DNA of 64,000 nucleotides from the human T2T-CHM13v2.0 reference genome, Homo sapiens: assembly GCF_009914755.1 (NCBI RefSeq), contig NC_060936.1. One strand, written 5' to 3'. How positions within the stretch are numbered: the stretch's first letter is position 1; every line of letters begins with the position of its first letter. The translations under genes were made by a program, and so were the position numbers. The notes beneath the pieces were generated by a model that saw only the letters and a program-made list of their open reading frames with translations, was not told the origin of the DNA and did no database searches. Positions 29,263 to 55,897 of the stretch are shown here, piece by piece.

Positions 29263-29486
29263 CTAAAACCAAATGAAACAAGGTGGTTAACATAAATCTA
29301 AAGAATAAATATCTATCAAAAGAAGAACATCAGAACTCCAAAATAAACCAGTCTCTCAGAACCTTCATACCCATCTTATGCTCCCCTAATAAATTTACAT
29401 CTAAGTCCTCCAATGACTGATGTTAAAGCAATGTGGCCAAAGCAGTGGCACATTACCAGAGACTAACCTTACTCTATCCAACTCAC

Positions 29487-29533
29487 CTCTGTTTCATCTC
29501 CCAGTACATCTTCTTCATTTGCCTCCTCTTCAG
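29487..29533 (-). CDS. SARNP: SARNP exon 3 (AEEEANEEDVLGDETE)
   Basis: tag|CT acceptor, GAG|gtgagt donor, 47 nt, phase 1 to 0. Confidence 0.95.
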
Positions 29534-31014
29534 CTAAAGAATATTAAAATATTCAGGTCAAGCCCTGCTACAAAACCATCTTGATCACTTACCAAGGTTA
29601 AAATTATAATCACTTTGCTTTCCCCCAAAAAATCCAACAGTGAAGGCAGAAACTGATGCACATAAAATCTGCTACATCTGGAGAAGATAAAACCAGATTT
29701 CTACCTAACATTAATTACAAATGTGAACTCCAGTTGGACTGAAGAACTAAATGTGAAGTCAAACTAGAGAATTAATTTTAAAAGTAATGTTGGGCCAGGC
29801 ACCGTGGCTCTCTGTAATCCCAGCAATCTGGGAGGCAGAGGCAGGTGGATCGTTTGAACCTAGGAGTTCAAGCGACCAGCTTGGGGAACACAGCGAAACC
29901 CCGTCTTTACAAAAAACATAAAAAAATTAGCTGGGTGTGGGGGTGTGCGCCTATAGTCTTAGCTACTGGGGAGGCTGAAGTGGGAACATTACTTGAACCC
30001 AGAAGGCAGAGGCTGCAGTGAGCTGAGATCATGTCACTGCACTCCAGCCTGGGTGACAGAGCAAGACCCAGTCTTGAATAACAAACAAAAAAAGTATGTG
30101 GAAAAGTATCTTTGAGATTTAGTGGTGGGGAAAGATTTGTTTAAAAGAAAAACAACCCAGAACCAAAAGTAAGAGGTGAAAAATTGAAGATTTTTCAAAA
30201 CTAAGTACTTCTACTTAAGGATAGCACAAAGAAACTTAAAAGACAAATGACAAGACATTTGTTTTTGTTGAGACAGAGTCTTACTCTGTCGCCCAGATAA
30301 AGTGCAATGGCACAATCACAGCTCCCTGCAGCCTCCCCCTCCTGGGCTCAAGGGATCCTCCTGCCTTAGCCTCCCAAGTAGGTAGGACTACAGGTGCACA
30401 TCACCACACCCAGCTAATTTTATTATTTTTCTTGGAGATGGGATCTCACTATGCTGCCCAGACTGGTCTCAAACTCCGGGCCTCAAGAGATCATACCACC
30501 TTAGCCTCCCAAAGTGCTGAGTTACAGGCATGAACCACCCCGCACAGCCAAAGAAGATATTTGTGCCTAAAATCAACAAAACAATAGTTATTAGAATATA
30601 AAAGAAATGCCTGCAAGCCAACAGGCAAATTATGGGAACCTCAACAGAAAAATGGGCAAAGAAGAAACCCAAAGAATTGTGAAATGTTTAAACTTTTTTC
30701 ATGGAGAACATAAAACAGCCAACAAATTAGCAAAACTTAGGCCACTTGATAGGACAGTGCCAAGTTTAGGTTTGTGAAGATACAAGAACCCTTATGTACT
30801 AGTAATGAGACTGCAGATCTACAGAGCAATTCTGGAAAATAATTTGGGAGTCCTTAGTCACATTAAGTATATATTTATGAATATTAATTAGCAATACCAT
30901 TCTTGGGCATATACCCCAAAAAGACTTTCACAGGAACATAAGAGCATAAAATAAGTAGTTCATAATAATATACTATATACTATTAGTATATAGGATATAG
31001 TATACTATATCCTA

Positions 31015-31350
31015 CAGGTTAAGCATCACCAATCTGAAAATTCAAAACCTAAAATGCTCCTAAATCTAAAACTTTCTGAAGGCTGATATGATACAAGTGG
31101 AAAACCCCACACCTAACCTCATGCAATGGGTCACAGTCAAAACTTTGTTTCATGTACAAAATTATTTTAAATACTGTATAAAACTACTTTCAGATATGTG
31201 GATAAGAAACAAATAAATTTTGTGTTTAGGCTTGGATCTCACCCCCAAGATATCTCATTATATATATACACAAATATTCCAAAATCCGAAAAAACTAAAA
31301 TCTGAAACACTTCTAGTCCCAAGCATTTCAAATATATAACACTCAACCCA
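31015..31350 (+). mobile_element. Tigger4/MER46-type DNA transposon
   Basis: TA|caggttaagcatc...aaaatgctcc start and aagcatttc...actcaaccc|TA end. Confidence 0.75.
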
Positions 31351-31716
31351 TAGTATAATATATACTATATACTATTATATACATATAGTATACTATAAGT
31401 AGTATCACTTATAGTAGCAGAGGCTTGGTGGCAATAAAATTTTCTGTCACCGAGTGAATTAAGTAAAATGTGTGGTTATCCATCATTGAATGCTATGCAG
31501 GAATTAGAATCAACAGACTAGATAACTACACAGTCACATTCCACATGGACGCATCTTTAAAAAAAAAAAAACACAATACTTAGTGAAAAAAATGAGAAAT
31601 AAAGCAAGGCTATGGCCAGTTATGTAATTACCAATTATATAAATGAAAACATTCTACAAAACAACACTACATAGTTTACCAGGAAAAACACCAAAAAAAT
31701 ACATTCAAACACATTA

Positions 31717-32169
<453 letters not shown>

Positions 32170-32261
32170 CTAATGACCTGAAAAAAAAAAAAGAAATCTT
32201 TTCAGTGTCAAAGCCTGAAAATCCCCTCACTCACATCACTCCGCCTCCACAAAGTACTCAC

Positions 32262-32361
32262 CATGTTCTTCAAGATATGCCTGGAGTCTGTGGATAAGAT
32301 CTTGCTTTATTCCCTTGGTCTCCAAACCACGAGCAAGACATTCTTGCTTTAGTTCGGCAAG
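32262..32361 (-). CDS. SARNP: SARNP exon 2, SAP domain (LAELKQECLARGLETKGIKQDLIHRLQAYLEEH)
   Basis: cag|CTT acceptor, G|gtgagt donor, 100 nt, phase 0 to 1; typical SAP motif. Confidence 0.97.
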
Positions 32362-33614
32362 CTGAGGGGAAAAAAATAAAACTTTTCCTTAGTTAACAGG
32401 ATGAACACCAGTGAATAAAATGGTAGTTCCCACAAGGAAAAGAAAAAAAGAAAATGAAGTTCCATCCCAAATTACTGCCCTTAATTCTACCAAGGCTCTA
32501 GGTCCACAAAGATGATCCATTTTCCTCTAACGATATTCAATATACAAGAGGAACTGCCTAACAGATGCTGAAGAATAAACATCACACTTTAATAAAAAAC
32601 CTCATCTATTTGTATACCTACTAACTGTCACAAATCTCTAGTTATTTCTAAATATTCTGAGGGGGGAAAAAGGTTTTTTTCTTAAGACTACTGTGGCAGC
32701 CAGCATATTGGAAGAATGAACCTTCAAGTAGAAAATCCAATGATCTAAAAGCAGATTCTCCTTACCACTTATTATCCCAGATCCGTTATTACAATCTACC
32801 ATATACATGCATACAGGTCTAACCACCATAGAATTAGGTAGATGCATTAGCTAATGTGAACAATGAATTGATTAAAGGATCTGTGTCAAAATGGGAAGAA
32901 ATATCTAATGGCATACCATAGAGTTCTGCTGAAGATTTAACTTATCTAAAGATATAAAAGCTATGTTCATCAATTTTACAGACAATAGGAGGAAGGAGAA
33001 TTGATGGATTATTGACATAACTAAGCTTAAAAAATGCAACACGGAAACAGAAAAAAAAAAAAACACTTCTTCAGGACTAATAATAAGCCAAAACAAAGAC
33101 TCAATTTAGTAGGAATAAGGTATACATATAACTTCCTACACTTAGATTCAAAACTTCAGTTATATAAAAACTGGGTAAGGGAGGATTGGCTCAATAGTAA
33201 CTCAAAGGATAAAGACATCAGAATTTTAGGCAAAGAAGGTTAACAGTATGATTTGCTACCTATAAGTCATAGGTAACTGAAATATAGACTCCATAATAAA
33301 CGATGTAATGGCCTTACTGGGCTCTATACTCTTATTTTACGAAGCACAACGACATGCTGACCCAGGAGAACAAGCAGGAAAGAAAGGCTCCAGAAATTCT
33401 ATATGCAGATCAACACACAGATAGATCTTTGGTCTGAAAGATGACCTTTTTTGTTTTGGAGTACAGATCTATGACCAATCAGTAGAAGCTAGAAGGCAGA
33501 CTCCTATAGACAAAAAATTTTACAACTATGGAGGATGCTCTGCATCTCTACGTTTTTCAGCTAGGAGAACATTTCATAATGAAAAGTGGAGAGTTTTTTA
33601 AAACATATCACAAT

Positions 33615-40250
<6,636 letters not shown>

Positions 40251-40469
40251 CCACAGCTTGTAAATAGTAGACCAATATGCCAGCTCAAGTGTCTCTGATT
40301 TATGCTCAATATTAACTGCCAAAGTCTTGGCACTTCTTTCTTTCACTCTCTCCTCCTCAGCCTCCTTGCTAGCTCTTCTTCCACTCAAACCTGTAAATAT
40401 TCACTAAGATTCCTTCTTTGGGCGTCTTGTCATTCCACATATATCAAAGGCTAATTCACTTCCCGATTT

Positions 40470-41580
40470 CAATCAGCGGCAAAGTCTATCAGCATTATCT
40501 TTAAAATATATCCAAAATCAAACCCTTCTCACCACGGCAAATGCTACTACTCTAGTCTTTCTTTCATACAGATTATTGTCAAAATTCTTCAGCCCTTGCC
40601 TCACTATAGTTTATTCTCAACAAAGTAACAGAGTGATCTTTTGAAAATTTAAGTCAGAACATGTCACTCCTCTAGTCAAACATCATCCATTGGTTTCGTA
40701 TCTCACTAAGGGTAAAAGGCTGAATCCTATCACCTAAAAGGCCCTGCAGCTTTGCCCTCCCCTACCATTACCTTATTACCATTGCTCACTCTGATAAGCC
40801 AAACTGGTCTTGTGCTATTCCTCTAACACTTTGCACATAGCTCATTCCTTCACGTCCTTCAACTCTTTTTGTAAACATCTCCTTGTTAATGACTTCCCCA
40901 GTCACTCTATTTAAAATTACAATACCCTTCCCATTGTACTCCCTATTCCTTTCTCCTATTTTTCTCTATGTGCCTTATCAATCACTATTTGACATACCAT
41001 AAATTTTACTTTTTATTTTGCCTTCCCTCAGTAAAATACAAGCTCTATGAGAGCAAGGATTTTGTCTCTCTTGTTCACTGCTGTATCTTTGGCACCCACA
41101 GTAACTGGGACATGGCAGGTGCTCCATATTTTCTGAATAAATCCCAAGTCTTCATCATCAGCTTTCAGCTCTTGAGTGAAAGACCCACATTTCCAACTGA
41201 CTACCTGACATGTCCAAGTGGATGTCCCACAGACACCTAAGCCTCAAAATGAACTTACCTCTTCTGTGCAAAACTGGCTTCTCCTCCTCCCAACCCAGAC
41301 TAAAGGTATCACTACCCAAACCCTGGAGTCATCTTTCATTTTTCCCATATCTAACTGATCTATAAATACTTGAAATTCTACTACATCCTAAATGTCTTTC
41401 AAATTCATTCCCATTCTTTTGAAGTCTTGACATGCTTATTCACTCAACAAATCGTTATTGAGCACCTACTGTATTATCAAGTATTATCTTGGATACAGGG
41501 AAATAATCATGAGCAAAACATAAGAGTCCTTCCCATTCCGAGCTTACAATCTTGCAGAGAACAAACCAATCAATGATCAG
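40470..41580. mobile_element. L2 fragments
   Basis: L2 3' motifs cagagtgatctttt...catgtcactcctct, aagctctatgagagcaagga...gttcactgctgtatc, and the opposite-sense tail ttcactcaacaaa...ttgagcacctact. Confidence 0.7.
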
Positions 41581-41596
41581 ATGGCGTTTAGCTGAT

Positions 41597-44590
<2,994 letters not shown>

Positions 44591-46309
44591 AAAAGCAAAG
44601 ACAAGCAAATGTGATTAAAGAGCAAGTCCTTTTTAGGCTGTCAGGAGTGCCTAATGTTCTCTTAGACTGTAACACTGAAATCAGGTCAGAGGACTTTACG
44701 TAAAAGTTACTTATCCAATCAAATACAAATTTTATATAGACCTGACAAATACAGATTTGATGGAAGGAGGAACTCCATAAACCAACACAATCTATAAATG
44801 CAAGTAAGTCATCGGGCAGCTGGTGACTTACTCCACGGATTTCAAAAATAGGACAAATAGGAAGAAAATATTAGCTCTTCTATATATAGTTCCTTTTTAT
44901 CTCATTCAAAAATTCCTTTTCTGTGTTATATTTTATAACAGTCCAGAAGTATACAATTTCTATAAGTACAGTATATATAAACAAAGTGGAGATGATTGCT
45001 CAATTTTTTTTAACTCATCACAATAAAGATCAAGAGACCGCTGATATAGTCTATGCATTTCAGTATCATCAAGTTAACAATAACTCCAGAATAACACAAA
45101 AACCCACTAACAGAGTTTAGAATCCAAGAGTAAGAAAAACATCAGTTTCACAGAAAGACTAATTGGGGTCAACTAATAAGTGACTAAAGAAGGGTCCTCT
45201 CCCTACCCTTACTACCCTTAAGCTTTCTTAACAGCAACAAAAACAAAAAAAAACTTTTCGAGCTTTAAAGGATCACTTTTCAGTTTCAGCTATATCAGCC
45301 TGGTTTGTCCAAAACATCTAATGGGAAAACTACTTGTGAAACCACAAACAGACAATTACTCAAGATATCTTAATTTACCCTAAAAGAAAATACTTTTTAA
45401 AATGTTCTTCTTTTTAATATATTTTTTTAACTTTTTTATATATCTAAGTGTGAAAAAACTACCAAGAGTCTCATAAGACAATTTAAAATAGCTTCTGTGA
45501 TTCAGTGTCAGCCAATGGTAACACCAGGAGATGCAGGGCCCACCCGAGATATGAAATGGAACAGAGATAATCTTAACCTTGGAATTGTTTTTCCCAAATA
45601 TTGCAGGTGTGAGTTCTCTCTGGTGGTTGGAGATGGTGTGTGAGGAAGGCTGGCGGGCCGAGAGCCGCGTGACAGAACTCGAAAACTTTTAAATCTGAGG
45701 TGTCTGTACTTCTACTATTCTCAAGACCTCCTCAACCCCAGGCTTCTAAGGCGAGACCGATCTTCTGAGAGGCCTCTCCCTGTTTCAAAATTCGGCTTGG
45801 GGCGTAATCCCACCTAGAAAAGGGGAGTGGAAGTATTTTCTGAGTGTCTGGTACCTATTTAGACAGAAATACACAAAAATGCCACCATTTGCTAACAGGG
45901 AAATCTCAGCTTCGGACGACAGACTGGAAACATCATCCCAGGGAAGAAAAACGGATCCTGGCTCCGACATGGGGCAAAAAGGAGGGACCAACTGACGTAA
46001 TGCAGCCCTGAAAAGCAACGAAGAGTATAACAGGTAGAAGGCACTTACACAACCCAGTGGGGAAGGGTGACGGACGATACAATGATGAAGGAAGCAGAAA
46101 TAACAAATAAATATAGCAGTAAAGCCGTGAGGAGAAATGGGAAATTAGGGAAGGCGTAGTGTGGAAGGGTGGCACAAAAGAGCTACGGCGGGAGCCGAGA
46201 AACGAAGTGGAAAAGGCTGCACGGAGAAGACGTAGGAGAAGGCGCAAGCTACCCTGTAGAATTCAGTTCCTAGAAAAGTCCAACTCAGCCCTTCCCCGAT
46301 TCACGGTAC

Positions 46310-46345
46310 CTTTAGCTTATGGAGCTCCACCGTCTCGGTCGCCAT
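46310..46345 (-). CDS. SARNP: SARNP coding exon 1 (MATETVELHKLK)
   Basis: ATG at 46345 in context aacaagATGG; 12 codons, then donor AAG|gtaccg; matches the SARNP/CIP29 N-terminus. Confidence 0.97.
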
Positions 46346-46700
46346 CTTGTTACCCCTCACTCCACTAGGCCCCCACCCGCGGCCTCCGCCTCCAGGAGCT
46401 CCCGCCTTAGGCGTAGAGATGCAAGGCTGACCAATCGTTGTCACTCTTGCTCCCACGCCATACCATCAGCTCTTCCCATTGGTCAATAGCTGACGTCGCT
46501 CTCACTTCTCTAGGCAGCTTGCCCCACCTCTTTCAAAAGGTGGAACTGGGAGAGGGGCGGGCACTGTATCTTGCGAACGACAGAAATGGCAACCAACTGT
46601 GCTTCTGCATTACAGACCACCAACCAATGGGTGGTGGCAGCGCTGATTCTGTTCCTCCAATAGGAAAGGGGCAGAAGGAGAGGCGTTACTTCCTGGAGAC
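46340..46700. promoter_or_regulatory. Bidirectional SARNP/ORMDL2 promoter (CpG-rich, TATA-less)
   Basis: CCAAT at 46431, 46624 and 46657; ATTGG at 46478; TGACGTC at 46491; GC box at 46554-46561; ETS ACTTCCTG at 46688; YY1-type CGCCATCTT at 46340-46348. Lies between two divergent first exons. Confidence 0.85.
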
Positions 46701-46756
46701 TTCAGGTGTGGTAGCCGGCGCCGCGCCCATAGCCGGACGGGGATCTGAGCTGGCAG
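46685..46756 (+). other. ORMDL2: ORMDL2 non-coding exon 1 (start approximate)
   Basis: GC-rich leader ending in donor CAG|gtagga at 46756/46757; next acceptor is tag|G at 47642/47643. Confidence 0.75.
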
Positions 46757-47643
46757 GTAGGAGCTGCAAAGACTGTAAGGGTTGCTGAGGAAAAATGGTG
46801 GGAGGCGAAAGGGGCGCCGAGGGAGTGGTGACCTAAATACTGAGAGGGGAGCGCTGAAGGGAGCCCTGAAAAAACCGATGAACATGAGGAGGAAGCTGGG
46901 AGGGGCATGGGGCGGGCTTAAGGAACTGGCGGTGGGGCTGGGGCGGGCAAGAGCCGCTTCCTAACCAGACATCATCAGCTTTAGAGCTACCACAATTTTA
47001 AAGATCCGAGTTCAGATAATCACTGCTGCCCCTGGAGTCAGAGCCAAGGCTCCACCTTTCGAGGTATTGAGCTCAGGTCCCTTCCTAACCCAGTCCAGAA
47101 GCCGTGGGCAAGTTGTTGTCGTGCCCCACGCTTGAGAGAAGTAATGGGGATGCAGACTGTTTACATGCCACGGAGGTGAGAGAGAGGGTGGACAAGCCCC
47201 AGAGAACAAAGTGGGGACCAGAGTGAGCTTTACTCTGTCATCCCTTCTTAGTGGTTCTTTGATGATTCCATGACTTTCGCCTGGAATTCTGGGTGTACGT
47301 GACCTCTTCATGGTTATTAACTTCTTCAGCAAAGTCAGATACTCCTATTTCCCTTGCTCCCTGAAGTGAGTGCCCCAAGCCTACACATACACCTTCATGT
47401 TACAGTTGACGTGTAAAGATCAGAGCAATAATGACTATGTCTCTAAAATGTAGTGAGGACTCTTCTTGTCTTTTAAAGTTTTCCCCAAGTCTTCAGTTTT
47501 TATTTTCTGCGTGATGGGTAAGTTCTTCATTCCCAATAGAGTTCAGGGGATTGGGGCTATCTGAGAGACAACTGGGAGATAGCTCAAGAGGGGTTGAGAA
47601 AAAACTGAGCTGGACTCCTGCCTGATCCCCCATTACGGCTAGG

Positions 47644-47817
47644 ATGAATGTGGGGGTGGCACACAGCGAAGTAAACCCCAACACCCGAGTGATGAATAGC
47701 CGAGGCATCTGGCTGGCCTACATCATCTTGGTAGGATTGCTGCATATGGTTCTACTCAGCATCCCCTTCTTCAGCATTCCTGTTGTCTGGACCCTGACCA
47801 ACGTCATCCATAACCTG
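47644..47817 (+). CDS. ORMDL2: ORMDL2 coding exon 1 ([21 protein letters not shown]...VIHNL); ORM1-like protein 2, regulator of serine palmitoyltransferase
   Basis: ORMDL family N-terminus; 58 codons, then donor CTG|gtgagc. Confidence 0.97.
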
Positions 47818-47985
47818 GTGAGCACTAAACCACGCCCTTGTACCCACCCCAGGGTTTCCCAACCAAAAGCAAAATAAAATCACCAATTGTTTGGGGATTT
47901 ATGTGTTCCTTTTGGGATCTTAACATAATTCTTTGACTGAAAAACTACTTTCTGCCCCTCACACTGCCACCTTCCCTGTTCCCAG

Positions 47986-48137
47986 GCTACGTATGTCTTC
48001 CTTCATACGGTGAAAGGGACACCCTTTGAGACTCCTGACCAAGGAAAGGCTCGGCTACTGACACACTGGGAGCAAATGGACTATGGGCTCCAGTTTACCT
48101 CTTCCCGCAAGTTCCTCAGCATCTCTCCTATTGTGCT
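47986..48137 (+). CDS. ORMDL2: ORMDL2 coding exon 2 ([34 protein letters not shown]...)
   Basis: cag|GCT acceptor, CT|gtgagt donor, 152 nt; conserved ORM motifs KGTPF and THWEQ. Confidence 0.97.
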
Positions 48138-48666
48138 GTGAGTCTATGGGGGAAATGAGATATGCTGGGTTAGAAAGAGCTCCAAGAGCCAGGTAGAAAG
48201 GCCCATAGGGAAGCTGTTAAAAAGCAGACTTCTCATCTAAAACCCTTTGAAGATATTATGGTATACTAGTTCTAAGCCTACAGAGAGCAGTAAAATGTAG
48301 ATTACAGTCAATACTGTAATCAAGCATTCCTTGCTGCCTCCTTGGTAGTAAGGAAATGAAGGGACTGAGAAAAGATAAGTGCCAAATAAAACCAAATGAT
48401 TTTACACTGCCAAAAGAAGTAAATAAAGGCAGAACTGATATTAATCTTCAAAAACACTGTAGGGAGTGGAAGCAAAGAGGACTGTAACAGTCATACAGAC
48501 TGAAATAGCTTGAGCCGTCATTTGCCATGTCATTAACAATTAACAGATACTGACTTACAGTCTCCAGTTAAGGGTGCTATCTCCTGAACCCCAAAGTAAA
48601 TGCTGTTGATATAGCTGGAATAGTTTTAGATAATCTAGAACTATATACAGTAAAACTGGTCATTTA

Positions 48667-48903
<237 letters not shown>

Positions 48904-49039
48904 CTATCTCCTGGCCAGCTTCTATACCAAGTATGATGCTGCGCACTTCCTCATCAACACAGCCTCATTGCTAAGTGTACTGCTGCCGAAGTTGCCCCAG
49001 TTCCATGGGGTTCGTGTCTTTGGCATCAACAAATACTGA
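48904..49039 (+). CDS. ORMDL2: ORMDL2 last coding exon ([11 protein letters not shown]...[11 protein letters not shown])
   Basis: cag|C acceptor; TGA at 49037-49039; total CDS 462 nt = 153 aa. Confidence 0.97.
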
Positions 49040-50212
49040 GGGATGGGTTTTGGGACAGCTCCATGGGCATGGGGAAGGCACTGAAACAGAGGACTATAAA
49101 ACATCCTTCTCTTATTCTCCATACTGTCTTCTACACCTTTAAAGCCTGAGAACTATACAACCTTTCCCAGACTCCCAAGAAGAGAAGAGATTGGCAAATG
49201 GGGCTCCTGGGCCCAGTCCTGCTAGTGGCAAGTTTCTTTGAATCAGGAAGGCAGGTGAGGTAAGGGCCAAATCACTCTCCTCCATAGCAGGAAGCCATTT
49301 GGGCAGCTTCTTTGGTGATTACATCTTTCCATATCTTTTACACTTACCACCTTCCAGCTCTGTTTTGCTGTGTATTTTTCTTACAATAATTTTTTTCAGC
49401 TATAGCTGCAGTTTAATCAGGATGGGTAGAGAGCTGTCCTCATAAGGCTGGGGGTGGGAAGATGGAATACTGACCTAATGTATAAAACTTAAAACAATTC
49501 TCCAATCCCCTCTCCTTTGGTCCAGTAGGAGGTGCCCTTCACTCTAAGCTTAACACTTAGTAGGGAAGAGATTCTCAAATGAGAAAAAGGGCTCCGGCTA
49601 TATGGGCAACAAAGAGGGAAGATACAGGTTGCCAGTTATACATTTATAGAAAGATAATCCCCTGGCTTTAAATAGTCATGTACATACAAATATGAACAAA
49701 CTTAAAAAAAAAATACAAACCCTTGGATCACATGGGGGCTTCTGGGAACCCCCGTATTCTTCCCCCTCACCCAAGGGCAGTGGGCATGAATCTACTTTTT
49801 AAAAATGATTAATTTTGGCCATCCTTGCAGAAAAGAGCCTAAAATTGGGTGATTTACCCACAAAGTGAAAGTCGAGGGAAAATTCAGTTTCCAGTCTCTG
49901 AACTCTATGCGATAATCTCCTATCATTAGGGCTACATGCTTTCTTGTTCTGTCTTTTAAATATTATATCAGGATAAAGGAGAGGGCTCCCTCCTGAAATG
50001 GGTCAAGAAAGAAGATAGACTTGTAGCTTTAAAAGGGTGGGAAAAAGTGTCATCTGCCCTAAAAGCAAATGACAAGACAAAGGCATACAGACCCCAGGGA
50101 AATACCCAGTTCCCACACCTAAAGGGATACACTGTCCAGCCCAGGTCCAGGCCCTAGGTTCTTTACTCTAGCTACCCCCTATTTCTTTGGTATTGTCAAA
50201 AGACAAGATTCA

Positions 50213-50522
<310 letters not shown>

Positions 50523-50622
50523 TCAGTTCCTAGGTGTTGGGGGAGGAGGGATAAATCAAACTCCATCCTGTGCCACAGCCCTTTTGACTCCCTGACATTG
50601 ATTTGAGGAAAGAGAAGGGGCA

Positions 50623-50833
50623 TCAACGTTGGAAGGGCCTCCTCACTTTCTTCCGCCGCTTAGGTTTGGCTTCTCCCTTGGGTACTGTGCTGTTGGGCTT
50701 AGAGGCTGCAGCGGCTCCAGGGGCAGGCTGAGGAGCTGCAAAGAAGTTCCCATTGGGCATCTGCCCTGGGGGTACTTGAAAGATCCGACTCAAGAAATCC
50801 TGAAGATCAGCAGGAGGGGCATCTGGGGTGGCT
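50623..50833 (-). CDS. DNAJC14: DNAJC14 last coding exon (ATPDAPPADLQDF...KPKRRKKVRRPFQR*)
   Basis: cag|A acceptor; TGA at 50625-50623; total CDS 2109 nt = 702 aa. Confidence 0.96.
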
Positions 50834-51018
50834 CTGAGGTAAAACAGAAGAAATAAGGCAAGAGATGTTAGAGTCATATGGTTACCTAAGTTAGATATAC
50901 TTATCAGTTCCCAAACTTCCTAGAAAACAAGGCCCCTGGGTGTCCTAAAAAGCAGGTCATCTGAAACCGTATTCAAAACTGAAATAGTGGATAGATTATT
51001 GACAGAAATACCACCTAC

Positions 51019-51121
51019 CTCTGCCGCCCTCTGGTGCCTGGAATCCGAGAACCAAATGAGATGTGATAGGGGACTCTGTGGGTATCTGGGGAGATACCTA
51101 CACGCTGGCATCCAGCCCACT
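51019..51121 (-). CDS. DNAJC14: DNAJC14 exon ([35 protein letters not shown]), end of Jiv90 domain
   Basis: tag|AG acceptor, AG|gtaggt donor, 103 nt. Confidence 0.96.
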
Positions 51122-51217
51122 CTATAAACATGAGAAATAATTAGCCAAAACGTCGCAGTTTAGAGCACATAAAAGATCAGGAAGTATGAGCCTGTATTTC
51201 TAGAGGACAGAGAGTAC

Positions 51218-51378
51218 CTGTGATGTCATACACCTTTCCATCCATCAGTGCAAAGTAGGTGATCTTGAGGCCCAACATGCTTGACTCTGCCCAAAAGTCT
51301 CCTTCCTCAGCAGGATGCAGCCTATTACACTCAGCACAGTATCTGGCACTCTTAGGTTCCCGGTCCATTTCAAACCTC
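51218..51378 (-). CDS. DNAJC14: DNAJC14 exon ([21 protein letters not shown]...VYDIT), Jiv90 core
   Basis: cag|G acceptor, G|gtactc donor, 161 nt; contains a CxxC...H motif. Confidence 0.96.
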
Positions 51379-51715
51379 CTGCAACCAACAAAAGGATAGT
51401 TCCTTAATAATTTGTCAAGCCTACCTAGGGCACTGCTAGTAGTCTTACCATTATTCACAAATAGGGCTGAAACATCTAAAATTACCCCACTTAGTATTTC
51501 ATATCCCTTCAACGTTCTATCCTAAAGCTAATGTTTCTTAGTGCTAATTAAAATCATCAGTCTATTGACAATATGACAAAGGTAGAAACTTAAGGGTCTT
51601 TTTACTAATTATGAGATACAGATGTAACTCATAATTACCAGTACTCACTAGAAAGATCCTTGGTTACATAATCCCTGAGCTGTGATTGTCCCATCCCTCT
51701 CCTTCTATTTCATAC

Positions 51716-51835
51716 CTATGCTTTCCTTGGCATCGGCTACACATCATAGTATTCATTGCCTCCTTGAGGTCATCTTGCAGCTTGGACAGAAACTCATTTA
51801 CTGACCGGCTCAGCTCATTCTCTGCCATTCGTTTC
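51716..51835 (-). CDS. DNAJC14: DNAJC14 exon (KRMAENELSRSVNEFL...MCSRCQGKHR)
   Basis: tag|G acceptor, AG|gtatga donor, 120 nt; first CxxC motif. Confidence 0.96.
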
Positions 51836-52047
51836 CTAATAGAAGAAATGCTTTGTAAGTCAGAAGGTATTGAGGGAGGGACAAAGGAAGACATATCAGT
51901 TGGCCTCTTGAGGCCCCTGTCTAGCGAGAAAGACAAGTGACTTCAGTTCTCTCCATCTCAACAAGCCTCCACCCCCAAGTCCAGATGCCTCTGCTATTGA
52001 GGATTTTTCATTTACCATTATCTGATGATTTCCCATCTCCAACTTAC

Positions 52048-52154
52048 ATCTCATACTCCTTTCGCTTTTCAGCATTGCTGACAATGTCCCAAGCTGCTCG
52101 CAAAACCTTGAAGGCCTCCTCAGCCCGGGGATGATGATTTTTGTCAGGATGAAC
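52048..52154 (-). CDS. DNAJC14: DNAJC14 exon with the J-domain HPD motif (VHPDKNHHPRAEEAFKVLRAAWDIVSNAEKRKEYEM)
   Basis: tag|GTT acceptor, AT|gtaagt donor, 107 nt. Confidence 0.97.
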
Positions 52155-52347
52155 CTACCAAGACAGAGAGATTTCATTACAAATCCATTCCAACCCTCTC
52201 CTCACCTTGAATTTATTCTCATATCAAAGGGTTCTCTTTCATCACCCTTTTGAAGAGTCAGTGTAGCTTAATGATTAACTGCTCTGACTCTGCAGATCTG
52301 GTTCAATTCATGGCTCTGTTATAATTAGCTACATTACCTTGAATATC

Positions 52348-55855
<3,508 letters not shown>

Positions 55856-55897
55856 ATGGGAACAAAAGAGAGAAACAGGAAACAGAAGGGTACTCAC

